A stretch of DNA of 64,000 bases from Tricharina praecox (lineage: Eukaryota): contig NW_026250407.1 of the NCBI RefSeq assembly GCF_024521635.1, positions 1,550,001-1,614,000 of the forward strand. The letters are read 5' to 3'. The position numbers and the translations under genes were made by a program. The notes beneath the pieces are model-generated. The model saw nothing but the letters and a program-made list of their open reading frames with translations. It did no database searches and was not told where the DNA came from. This document shows, piece by piece, positions 38,758 through 50,800 of this stretch (positions within the stretch are counted from its first letter, which is position 1; every line of letters begins with the position of its first letter).

Positions 38758-39143
38758 CTAGACAGTGACAGCCGTGGTGTTTGTGCCTGTGTTGGTGGGC
38801 GCGGCGGGAAGGTCCTCCTGCAAATTCACACCTCTCCGTCAGGCTTTGTGCTCCTCCGGCAGGTACTACTCTACCTATGCGCGGAAAAGAGAAGGGTGGA
38901 GGGGGTGGCGGAGGGTAAGGAAGGGGGACGCACAGGTTCGAAGATGACCTGGATCATGAGGCTGCAGGAGGGGCAGACGGCGATTTGCTGGCCGTCGCGA
39001 AGGTCGTCGAGGAGGATCTCGAAGCGGTCGCCACACGGGCACGGGTACGTGTACAGCTGCAGGGTCGCGTCGAAGCTCATGTCTTCGATTTCAATCTGGT
39101 CGTAGATGGAGAGCTCCTCGTCGAGGTCGAGGGAGGAGGACAT
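38758..39143 (-). CDS. DPH3: Diphthamide biosynthesis protein 3 (CSL zinc finger; Kti11), 2 exons, 89 aa
   Basis: [13 protein letters not shown]...[13 protein letters not shown]...[12 protein letters not shown]; intron 38818-38933; exon 2 EDLPAAP...VTV*. Confidence 0.97.
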
Positions 39144-39159
39144 TTGTGCGTATGGGGAG

Positions 39160-39206
39160 GGTGGCAGGTGGCAGGTGGCAGGTGGCAGGTGGCAGGTGGC
39201 AGGCAG
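39160..39206. repeat. 7-bp microsatellite (ggtggca)x6 immediately upstream of the DPH3 ATG
   Basis: Directly visible. Confidence 0.9.
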
Positions 39207-39830
39207 GCCCGACGCGGATGTGTAAGGCGTGTGGAGGGGGTGAACGGGGGTGACGGTGAACGGATGCAGATGGGGGTTTTGTATTGGGTGGGGTGGGTTT
39301 GCTGGTGGGGATGTTAGAAAGTAGTGAGTGAGTGGCCGATGGTTCGATTCGATGCCGTGAAGAAGGTTGTTTCGCTCCCGAGAAAGCAAAAAAAAAGTCG
39401 GTGGGGCTGTGCACCTGCATCGGTCAGCGCTAGTCTTTTAACCAATTGCTTGGCTGATTCCGGCACACGCTCGATTCGCTTGCGAATGCATGGAAATGGA
39501 GGGCACTCCGAAGTTTGAACGTCGAAGGGGTGGTGGAGGAGTAGAGTTGCAGCAGCTGGAGGAGGAGGGGGAGACATCGATTTACCCTTACTCATCCGCC
39601 AACACTTTTACCGTTACTCGTCCCGCCAACTACCCTACATCCCCCTACCCCCCAAGCCGTCGCAATCTCCATCTTCACCAGCCGCCAGCTCTACCACAAC
39701 CACCACCAAGCCCTTCTCCGCGAACCCATCGAACTTCCATTCTCCCTCACCCACAACCCCCGGTATACAAGCAGACACACCAACAACCACACTGCCGAGC
39801 CGTTCCGTCGACTGCCCCCAACCACACACC

Positions 39831-40178
39831 ATGACCACCCCCGGCGACGTCTCGTACACGGCGGAGCCGCAAATGTGCGTGACCAACTCATTCGACGTCA
39901 AGGGCGGCGGCGGCGACGAGCAGCTGCGCGACGAGCAGAAGCAGCGCAGCCAGCAGCACGGGAACTGGGACTGCCAGAGCTGGAGCTGTCTCGCGTGCTG
40001 CGCCGGCGGCAACACGGCCAACGGCGGCGACTGCGTCAACGCGATCAACGTGTGTTTTGCCGGCATCCTCATGGGCCTCGGAGAGATGTTCAACGCGTTC
40101 ACGGGCTGCTGCACTAGCTGCTGCCATTGCTGCGGAGAGTGCTGTGGGAACTGTTGCACTGGTGACTGCTGTACCTAG
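39831..40178 (+). CDS. Small Cys-rich protein (115 aa) with a hydrophobic segment and a CC-repeat tail (CYSTM-like or metallothionein-like)
   Basis: caccATG start; strong GC3 bias; ...VCFAGILMGLGEMFNAFTGCCTSCCHCCGECCGNCCTGDCCT*. Confidence 0.8.
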   Translation: MTTPGDVSYTAEPQMCVTNSFDVKGGGGDEQLRDEQKQRSQQHGNWDCQSWSCLACCAGGNTANGGDCVNAINVCFAGILMGLGEMFNAFTGCCTSCCHCCGECCGNCCTGDCCT

Positions 40179-40699
40179 GACAGGACCGCCGCCGTCGGTG
40201 AAGGCGGAAAGATCCAGCACCCAGCACCCGGGTGCTGCTAGTTGAACGCGCACGACACTATACTACCCTACACTACCACTTTACGCTACTCTACTTTACT
40301 TTCCTCTTCCCGGTGCAGATCCCCTGGCGGGCAAAAATCGCGACTCCTCCTGTCTACTACTTTACTACCACTACCACTACCACTACCTACCAACAACGAC
40401 ACATAGCGGATGATAATGGCTTCTTCGGTCTGTTTTGGCGTTACGGCATCCCTTTACTCTACTCTACATACCTACTGCAACCACATTTCCTTTCTTCTAC
40501 TCTAGCGACTGTTTTTCTTTTTGTCCGAGCGAGCGAACGTTACGGGAGTCTTTGGTTGTCGGCGATCGCATGGAGGGGCTTACGGCTTAATGACGAATTG
40601 GAATTTTGATTGGGTTGATTGAACGGATTGTTCTTGTCTGGTATTGATTCGAGGTGTCTTTGTCTTTGTCTTGGTGAATTAGAACATGGGCGGCCGGAG

Positions 40700-40846
40700 A
40701 GGGAACGGGATTGGGAACGGAATTGGAATTTGGGAACGGGATTGGAATTCGGTAACGGGATTGGAATTTGGGAACGGATTGGAATTTGGTAACGGGATTG
40801 GAATTTGGTAACGGGATTGGAATTTGGGTTAGGGAATTGGAACGGA
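40700..40846. repeat. Minisatellite of about 18-20 bp (g[gt]aacgggattggaatttg) x about 7
   Basis: Directly visible. Confidence 0.88.
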
Positions 40847-43568
40847 AGCGCAAGCAGTGGAGGACACAGATAGAGCTGACTTTGGAGGCAGGACAGGATA
40901 GGAATAATTGACTCGGGCATGAATATTGACATCTACGCCTATATAACATATTACCACGCACTCTCGAGTCTCGCGTCGAGAGCGGTAGCTACGCTACTCG
41001 TAAGCCACCGTGCCGTCTGTCCGTCACCGTGCCGTCTGTCCGTCACCGTGTCGTCTGTCCATCCTCCTCATCGCTGAGGCGTTGAGCCGTTGCACTCCGT
41101 GTGATCAATCCCGAGGCCGTCTTCCCGAGTCCCCCCAGCCACTAAAGACAAAGCGGGGTCCCGGCGGGCGGTGGCGGATTTCCGCTCTCTCTTTCGCAAG
41201 TCGCTCCTCACATAGCCGCGTGATACATATACCGTACAGAATACTTGCCGTCGGCATTGTCCGGCAATCCAGAATCCAGATTCCACATGTGACGTTCATT
41301 TTTGACATGCTGTAAGTAGTCGCCAAAAATAACTCTCTTTTTAGACTTGCAGAATTTCGCGCCGTAGCCTCAGGTAGGGGCTGGATTCTGAACTGGTGGC
41401 TGAAGGGGGATGCATAACGGGTTCAACTTTCAACTTTCATGCATGAGCTGTAAGGTGCCCTTAGCAATACCTCAGCCTCGCAGGAACAGCAAACACAAGA
41501 CAGCAGACAGCAGACGCCGCATAGCGGCGGCACTGCAGTGGCAGAGGGTCTGGCGTCAAGGAGAACGTTCTTTGAGGATTATATATACCCACCTACATGC
41601 TCTGATACTCTGATACTCACTGTTCTGGCCACTGCAGACGCAGGTCAGACTGCCGAGTTTCAACACTCAAAAGCGCGCGCTATGTGAACGGGAATACCCG
41701 TTGTATGTACTGGGGACCTGGAGGCTGAGGTGGGAAACGGTGAAAGTGATCCCATTGATCGCGAGATTCGAGATTCGAGATTCGCGATTCGTCAGTGATT
41801 TTCTCGTGAGACAATTGATTGTCGGATAAGGATAGTACTTTACTTAGGATAAGAGCAGCGAAGCGCCTGGGCCAACTACATACAAGTGTACGGTATGTAC
41901 GAAAAGTGCATTCTACGTTTTAACCATCACATATATTATTGTTTCCCGCATGCAGCATTCCGAAGAACCTGCTCAACTCGACGCTGGAAGCTATCACGAC
42001 TCGACGATGACTCGACAACGGCTGGTTTCCACTCCACTCCTCCTCCTCCTCCAAAAGTATCCCTTTAACACTTGTAATCTCTACCCGACCATTCTGGAAT
42101 CCGGACTCATACGTGGTATGTAAATAGCTAGTGTACCCAGTACTCGGGGCCTGGTTCTGGGACTCTGGGTCTGCTCTACCGGGGTCCGGTACCTTGGAAT
42201 CATCCCATAACTACTCGGTGGTATTCAGACCCGGGGAGTCGATTAGATGGCCAGTAACCAGTTTCATTTGTTCGAAAGATCTGCTCTGCGATCAGCCAGT
42301 TTACTTGACCAAGGACCAAGGATCGAGATTTGAGATCCTGCACGACCATGGGTCGGGAATGGTCTATGGAGCAGTGTCCTAACTCCTCAACTACCTAGGT
42401 AACCAGATATTTCGCTCCAGCCTCGGGGTTCACACGACCGAGTTCAAGGATGAGCCATTGAGTTAGGGATGAGCCAAGGATACCGTAGACAAGAGAGGGT
42501 ACATACCGGTAGTCTGCCCGTATATGGTCTGATCTCTAGTCGGCTTCTCCAGCAGTGGGATCCCCGAGTGGCTATTGTGTACGAGTGCGCCGCTGTGCCG
42601 GTTCGGCGTCGGTTCTGGCAACTGGCGGGATGGTCGTAGGCTGCGGTTCTGCGAAAAGGACATCCTCCCGAGTCTCGCGGTTGTGGAACTTGCTCCTCCC
42701 GTGCCGACTCCTTCTCCCCAAACCGAGAACGGACCTTTTTTGCCACGAACAATGCCCCTCCGGCTTATTATTTGGCCGAGCGTAGTCGCGACTGGCGAGC
42801 ATTAGCACCTTTAGGCTTTAGGCCCTTGAGACTATCCTCCTCTTCGCCCTCTTCCTTCCTTGCCCTGGAATTTAGATTTATCCATCATTCATGATTCGTT
42901 AAAGCGTGTGGTTCGGGTGACGGGTACCAGTTTCAACTTCGAATTCGAATTTCTGTCACCCGTTTCCCGTTCCCTGTCAGTCCAATGCCGAGACCACAAT
43001 GCGCCGCGGGAATGCGAAGCGACAGACCGAGAGGCGATCACGGCGTACCGCTCGTCTCGAACACTAGTAACCATACACCATTGTCCACACAATCACGTGG
43101 ATTCCTCAACTGCGGAGTTCAGTCCTTCCTGTAGTGCAACCTCACTGTGCAAGTCGCGTCGAAATTGGTGATCTAGTCTCGTGACTCGTCGACAGATGCT
43201 GCAGCCTGCCGGAAGCAAGGAGTTTGGCGTCTTGGTCGACAGAGGAGGGCGGTGAGAGGTTTTGTGGGTGGCCTTGGGCGAGGAAGATGCGTGATCCAAC
43301 GAAGTGTACATAACTGACAACTGTTGGTATGTATGTATCTGGGTCACCGGACTGTCCGTCCATCACCAGGGCTCTCGGGTTTTGAGTCCACCGTCCACGA
43401 AGGAAGAAAAGTTGGCGAATAGCAACGCCCTGTCGGTTGAAAGGTTTGTTAACGTGACTACCGGTGTGGAATTTAGCGTTTTATTGGAATACATAGTGGG
43501 AGGAGACGAGCGGCGGAGGAGGATTCAGGCCAATTAGACAGGCTAGAGCTCCTCCAGCTGATCAAGCC

Positions 43569-44003
43569 ATGGCTCAAGTCATGGCTCGAATCGGGCACGC
43601 GAGCGTTCCTCGAGTTGAGCAAGCGAGGGCTCCTCCAGTCGATCAAGATAATGCGCGAAGCGCGCAGGCGGAGGTATCTGCGGGCGGTCCAGCTGATCGA
43701 GCTACTGTATCAACCGCGCAGGCGAAGACTTCACCAACCTACCGCGCCCTGGCGTCAACCGAGGCGAGACGGCAGAGTCTTGCGCTGGAGAAGGAGAGAT
43801 TTGAATGGGAAAAGGCGCGTGTAGCGGAGGAGCTGGCGTACCGCATACAAATGGAGGAGCACAGACACCAAGAGGCTTTGCGTGTCGAGGAAAACAGGGC
43901 ACGGGATAGCTTGGCCAGGCTGCGGTTGCAGATGGCCGAGGCGGAGAATGATAGGAGGAAGATCCATGTCAAGAAAGCGCTTATGACTTATCTGTCTCGT
44001 TAA
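43569..44003 (+). CDS. Hypothetical coiled-coil protein, or the 3' part of a decayed larger gene
   Basis: 144-aa ORF with heptad-like LALEKERFEWEKARVAEELAYRIQMEE...; a possible upstream decayed exon ends in a GTATGT donor at about 43328. Confidence 0.45.
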   Translation: MAQVMARIGHASVPRVEQARAPPVDQDNARSAQAEVSAGGPADRATVSTAQAKTSPTYRALASTEARRQSLALEKERFEWEKARVAEELAYRIQMEEHRHQEALRVEENRARDSLARLRLQMAEAENDRRKIHVKKALMTYLSR

Positions 44004-45025
44004 TGGGCATGAGCATTGGGCTGAGAGTTGATACCTTGTTTCCTTGTTTGAAGTTTCCGGCAAAGCCCCCGCTGTGCTTTTCCTCTTGTCACTTGTACAT
44101 ATTTAATACATATACAGAGCTGTGGAGACAGGACTCCACCGTGCTATCCATCAATTTCGGGAAATGCGGGTATATATGATAGTTCTGTAGCGCTTAATCG
44201 ATCGCACCTTTCTCACGAACGACAGTTCCTATGTAGCAGCCTAGCAGGGCCAACCGCTGCCTGCCACTGCCCCAGTGCCGCCGTATGTACGAGCCCGAGC
44301 CCGCCGTCCCCCCTCCGGCCGCCGTGTTAGCTCTCGTATTCCGTGTGTCGAGCACACGCGATAACTCGGCTTCATGCCCCCTCCACGCGAAGACACCCTC
44401 CGGCCTCCGCCGTCCGCCGCTCGGATTCCGCAGATCCCCGGCTTCCGCCACTCGCCCCTCGCCCCTCGCGAGTCACTGCGCTCCCGAAGCCCCAGCGACC
44501 TCCGGAATGTCCTCAGCACCCCGCACCCAGCGCCCACCGCCGTCTGCCCAGTGTTACACACCCCCACGCTGCCACCACGGTTTCATGTTTAGTCTCGGGC
44601 ACTCTCACACAGTCTGATGCAGTCTCATGCATACACATGATGCAGATGATGCACATGATGCACATGATGCACACTCTCATACAGTTTCGTGCATCCCCAC
44701 CATGACACTGTCTCATCTTCAGACTTCACCTTCAAAGTTTTTCCCCCCAGTTGGCGGCGAGGGAGGAGATGCCGGTTTGGTTGAGCTGCCGGTTTGGGGG
44801 TTTGTGCCAAGACGGTTGCTTCTCTCAGACTTCAGTCCTGAGGTTGGGATTTGGTATGATGTGCCAGGTGTGGTGGGGATGGATGGATGGATGGATGGAT
44901 CATGGATGGGTCTGAATACCCGGATTGGTCCCGGATTGGTAACTCCGCACGTGGGATTTCTTCGCGATCAACTTCCAAGGTACCTACCGTACTATACTCC
45001 ACCGTACTCTACGTCGAGGCGACGA

Positions 45026-45106
45026 GGTGGACAAAGACGGGAACCAATATGGCCCATGGGTGGACAAAGACGGGAACCAATATGGCCCATGGGTGAGCCA
45101 ATATGG
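45026..45106. repeat. 33-bp tandem repeat (ggtggacaaagacgggaaccaatatggcccatg) x about 2.3
   Basis: Directly visible. Confidence 0.85.
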
Positions 45107-45596
45107 CTGGTTTATAAATGGAGTATCATGCAAAGAAAACAGGAGCCAGCCAGTCCGCTCTTTATACACCGTGGTCTGCATATACCGTATTTACCGTATA
45201 ATAGAGATAGAGATAGTGATAATCATGGTGATAGTGAATCGTGATAGTGGGGGGAAACACAGGCACAGCCTGGACACAAATTGTATGTACATACATAAGT
45301 ACACAAATGGAAGAAGCGAAAGACAAAGAAAAAAGTATGAGAACCAGTATGTGGAGAGGCCGACCCAAGGAAAAAGGTAGAAGCATATTTCAAAACACCA
45401 CGATCGCCAGCGAAGCTCAAAAACAACCCAATTGCAGTAAAACCCCAGAAAACCCCGCGCGCCACCTCCATAGCCGTCATCACCACCATATGTAGACCTT
45501 ATATGAAAAAACAAATGAAAAACCAAAGGAAAAAGGTTGTGTGTGCGTGTGCAACCCATCCGCCGTCCGTTCCTCCGTTCCCCAGGACCTCACAGC

Positions 45597-47841
45597 TCAA
45601 AGCATTTCCAAAAAACCCGTCGGCACCCACCCCTCTCTCTCCCGCTCCTCACCCTCCTCCCACTCCTCATTCTCGCCATCGAGCCTCCTCACGAAGCTCC
45701 AATTCTTATTCCTAAACAGGACCACAACGCGATCTCCGACCTCTATGGCAACCTCCCTAGTGAGCCTGGCGGTATATGCCGTCTTTGCGCGCGCCATCTG
45801 ATTCCTCTTGCGCGGGGCCTTGATCCCCTCCGGCGCGACCGAGATCCGAAGGCTACGCGCCGGCTCTGCGTCGTCGAAGACGGCGTCTTCGCAGATGTCC
45901 CAGTCGCTGGGTTCCCGTGCCGCGGAGGAGGTGGTGGAGAGCGAGGACGAGGTGGAAGAACAACTGACGTTGCTGGCTGATGACGTGTTCGAGAGGTTGG
46001 AGTATGCTGACGAGGTGGACGAGGTGGAAGAGGTGGAAACGTTGGATGGGGTTCTTGCGTGGCCGTACGGCGACGGGGGAGGAGGGGAGCGGCGCGAGGA
46101 GGCGTGTTGTTCCCGCCGCTCGAGTTCCTGTGCGAGGTGCGTAGTGAGCTCCGGCAGCTTTGTGGCGTCGAGGGCGGTGACGAGCTTGACCAGCTTTTCG
46201 ACCAGGACGCCGGCGTCGGCGCCGCCGTAGTTGAAGAAGTAGCGGATGTTGCCCTTGCCCATGCTGCGGCTGTTGTCGCGCGCGCGGATGAGCGTGCTGT
46301 TGCACGGCACCATGAAGCCGCTCTCGGTGATGCTGCTAATGAGATGCACGGGGTTGTCGATGTGCTGGCGCAGGACGGCCTCGCCGTCGAGGGAGTGCGA
46401 GATGAGCACGATCCCGTTCGTGCCCGCGCGGAGACTGGGCACGGCGTAGACGACGCAGCCCCGGAACTTGTCCCGGATGTCCGCCTGGAATGAGAACCCG
46501 TCGTCGACGTTACGGACGGTGTAGCCCTTGTCGGCGATGACGCCCTTCATGCTCATGGAGAAGATGTGGCCGTCCTGCACTGCGGCCTTGACGCCGATCG
46601 GATTCTTCGCGGCCAGCCGTGCCGTTTTCCGTATAAGACTCGCCATCTTCTCCGCCTCGGCCGCGGCCGCCACCCCCGACCGCGCCCACGGCATCCCATC
46701 CTTCTCGCTGAAGATCAGCCGCGTCATCGTGCTGATGGGCTGTCTGGTTGTGCCTTCGCCGTCGCAGGTCCGCACGCGGACTTTTGGGAGGTGCACAATG
46801 CTGCCCTTCCTCGTGCGCGTGACATGGCAGGGCTTCTCCTTCATCCTCCCATCGTCCTCGATGTCGATATACGTGCGCTCAGGGCGCTCGCCGAACCTCA
46901 GCGTCATGCGCGCGAAGCGCACATACGGGTCGTGGGCGAAGTGGATCTCCTCGGGGCCGTTGGCCAGCAGGATGTTGGTGCGCGACGCGGACTTGTACAC
47001 AGCGAAGCCGACGCGGTCGACCTTGAGGTCGATGCGCTTCCACTCCTGGTCGAGGAAGATCTCGAAGTCGACGGTGACCTTGCGCAGGTACGGCGTGGTC
47101 TTGGCGCAGTGCGTGATGAGGTAGATGCGGTTGCTAGAGTGCGGCGAAGGCACGCCGAAGTCGACGCCGAGGCCGAACGGGTGGATGTTGGATAGCGCTA
47201 CGTGACGCTTCGCGGAGATCGAGTCGAGAAGGATGACGAGTGTGCGGAATTGACTGTCCTGGGCTACGGGGGGCGTCAGCGCGGAACTTCACCCAAAGGG
47301 CGGTGGTTATAGTCATACAATCGTCCGCAAGTTGTATCCGCACGTAGTGCGCCGTCACGCCCTGTCCGCACTCGACACCGTAGATCTTCCACGAATGTGG
47401 GCGTTTGATGTCCCGTACGCAGCGAGTTTCGACGGTGGCGGTGAAGTGCGAGTGCTTTCCGGAGAATATCGGCGAGCCCGGAGAACAGAGCGCTATCAGG
47501 TTCACGCGGACCCTGCGAGCTTTTGCACGTGGCTCCAAGGAGGGACCTTTAGACGAGGCTATCGGAGACTTGGGAAGAGACCAGGCTATGTATTCCGTTT
47601 CTCTACGATGGGTAAGCATTGTCCGTCCACCGGAGGTCATCGAGGATGGAAACGTACATTTCCCGGATGATTCCCCGACGGGTTGCGATTTCTTGGAGGA
47701 TTTGATCTCGGCTTCACGATTGATGTCAGCCAATGGACGTTCCTCGTTCACTGGGGGGACCAACGAATGTGCAGACTCGAGCTGTGGGCACGACGAAGCC
47801 GACGAAGCCGACGAAGAAGGCGATACCATGTAGGGCGACAT
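45597..47841 (-). CDS. Large hypothetical protein with C-terminal SH3 domain; at least one, possibly two, homopolymer frameshifts in the 5' part
   Basis: C-terminus ARAKTAYTARLTREVAIEVGDRVVVLFRNKNWSFVRR...EGWVPTGFLEML matches the SH3 consensus. ccaccATG at 47841; likely intron 47603-47657; one extra C at 47268-47273 separates KFRADAP from VAQDSQFRTLVILL. Confidence 0.75.
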
Positions 47842-50800
47842 GGTGGATAAGATGGTATGTTGAAAGAGATTGAAAAGACCGCACAGCAGCAGAATAAGAA
47901 GAAACGAATGTAAACGGAACTGAGGAGTTAACGGAACGAGCACGAGTCGATCCAGCGGCTGGTATATAAAAAGGGATCAGGAGAAGAAGAAGAAAAGGGA
48001 GGGCAAATCATGCAGACGGCGTTGATATATGCACCCCTCCAACATTGGTGATGGCGGCGGCGGTACAAACTCTAGTTACAGTTGATCTCGCAACGAGGGC
48101 AGCTCGATCATCCCTGGCGGCGATCACACAGCCAGCCCTGTTGGAACGTGGAACACCGAAAGTGACAGAGAAGGGCGTCTAGCTGCATACGGCCTCGCTT
48201 GGTCCGACAGATTCTTTGCGACGGCGCATCCCCTGGCCGCATCGCATCTATCTCGTGTACCCCTCTTTTTTGAGGGGCGGAGGAGTGGAAACAGTGGGAA
48301 GAGTGGGAAATCCATTCGCCAGCCAGGACTCACGAGACGGAAAAGATCTAAAAACGGCCAGCAAAGACAGAATGGAACGGTGAACCTTCCATAGTGAAAG
48401 AGATCCGCGGTACGGACTAGAGTACCAGTATTCTAGAACGAGGTAACTACTCCACATTATTCAGCCAAAGTATTATCGCTCGCCATGCCCGCTGTTGTAT
48501 GTCTCTCCCATCTCCCCGAAGGTCTCACCAATTCCGTAATCCCGCCTCGTCCAGCGATGCGCCCCACCAAAGATTGAACCAACCATCTGCCAGCCGCGCG
48601 CAATAATAATTGACTTCCATTATTCATCTGGCAGATACAGCTTGCTGCTTCCCCCCACGCCTTGCCATGCGAAATAGCGCCTGCAATTTAGGACGGCTGA
48701 TACGGTGATACCGGTACATGTGGAAATAAGGTAGATAGCCTTCCGATATGAGACGGTGTGGCAAGTTGAGCGCTCTTCGAGCCCGGTTCCCAGTTCTCGG
48801 ACCCGCACGGACGGACGGGCACCAATGCATCATCCATAGTGACATGAAGCACTGTGCCAGCACCGGGGCGGGGAAGTAGCCGATGCATCTCCATCATCTT
48901 CATGAAACAGCATCTAATAACATCGCGAGAACGATTGGCGCATATCATAGGATCACTGGTTTTTGTCGCAAGAAAAGCGCGTTAATTAATTGAGTGAGGG
49001 ACATCGTGCCGGAGAAGAATGCATCAGCTCTAACTCAAGGCGGTACCTGAGAGGCGGTAGGCGGTGGTGACGGTTCCGCGATGGATCGGATCTCGACGGT
49101 GAATGTGAATGTGAATCCACGCTGCCAAGCAGATGAGATTTGATGTGATGTTTGAAGAGTCGCACGACATGCCGGGCCACCCCTATGCACAAGTTTTTCT
49201 CCGGATGGTTGCGGGCGGCGGCGTGAGCGAAAACAAACATATCTCCGCCTGCCCCACCGCCTCTCCGGTTGCTGAAACAAGCACTGCGCTCGTCGCTGGC
49301 TGCTGATGATGCCCAGGAAAAGAGTTTTCAGGTGTTCACTCCGAATCCAGATGGATCTTCCCTTCTTCCTTCCCTTTTTCTTTTCCCTTTTCCCTTTTCC
49401 TTCCAAAAACGCAACGAGAGAAGTGGACCCGACTCGGCGCGGTGGTGGCGAGCATGTGCGAGTCGCGATAGGTAATCCAGAAGTGTAGAGTGGTTTGTTT
49501 TATGCGAAGAGAAGCTGCGACGTTTCGAGATGCCAGCTAGTGGCTGTGGCTGCGGCACTGCACAACGTCAACGTTAAGTTAGCGTCTAGTGTCAATCGTG
49601 CCTTCCTTCCACTTCAGGGGCGAATGCCCAGGCTCCCAAATACCCCAGAATCCCATATGTTCCCAATATGGAACTCACTGTATCATAGTAGTTGCTATTA
49701 GGAATAGCGAACTGCCGTTTTCCGTTGTGCCCGCACGACAAGAGCGACGCCCAAGAGAGCTGGCTGCTGGATGTGTCATCCAAACGATCCCATCATGACG
49801 GTAGACTTTGTGGATATGTCTCAGAAGGATCCGGATACGCTCTTTTTCGGGCTGAAGAAACACACCGCGAATAGATCGTCGCTGTCGGAAAGTCGGAGTA
49901 TTTAAAACGTAACGGTGATCGCGACCGGAGAGTTCCAGCGACCGGCAGCTGCATCAGACGTCAAAGCGAGTGATCGGATCGATGCTCCGTTGCCCTCTCT
50001 ACCTTCCTCTCCCTCTCGCGGCAGTTCATCAGAACCAATCCAACCCAACCGGCAGACACACGCGCCGCCTGGGTGCAGGCTGAAGCAAGCCAACATCCAC
50101 CTCCGAATCTATTACGCGGTATAGGTACCTCGGAAGAAAGAAAACCACATCGACAGACATATGCAGCTGTTTGCATCACCCATCGCCAAGTGCCAACCGC
50201 CAAACGACGTCAAACGTCAAACTGCCGTGTTGTAACTTGTAGTTGTGTCCCTCTTCCCGAATTCCTCATTCCCCGCACCCCGCACCCCGCACCAGTGGAG
50301 ACATATCGATAACACAAGTGCCGGATCGGGCATCCATCCCCAGAAAGGTCGAACGAGCTCCCCAATCGAGTCGAGTCCGACCCGATCGCCCCAAAGCAGA
50401 GCGAAAACGACCTGCTACATGGGCACCCGATGATGCTGATGCAGTGATGCTCCGCATGCTTGTAGATTATGCAGCATACGGCTATCAGTCACAGTCACGG
50501 ATAGATGAGAGTTGAGACGCGGTGACGCCGTGGCGGGTCGGGGCTGTTGGTTGGCGTCTTGGTTGAAGAAATCATCGTCGGCTGGGGAACCATGGGAAAC
50601 ACGGGAGTCTTGGTGGAGAGGAGAGGTTTGCGCTCCCTCGCCCACTCGCCCACAACTTTGAATTGCACATGTTTGCACCTTGCTTGCTTCTGCTCGACGG
50701 TGGTGGTAGTGCTGACACGATAGGTATACCTAGTACATACGGCTGGCCATGTGAGCCCGGTACGATCCTTCGTTTGAACTTTGGGCTGTGCCACTGTGGG

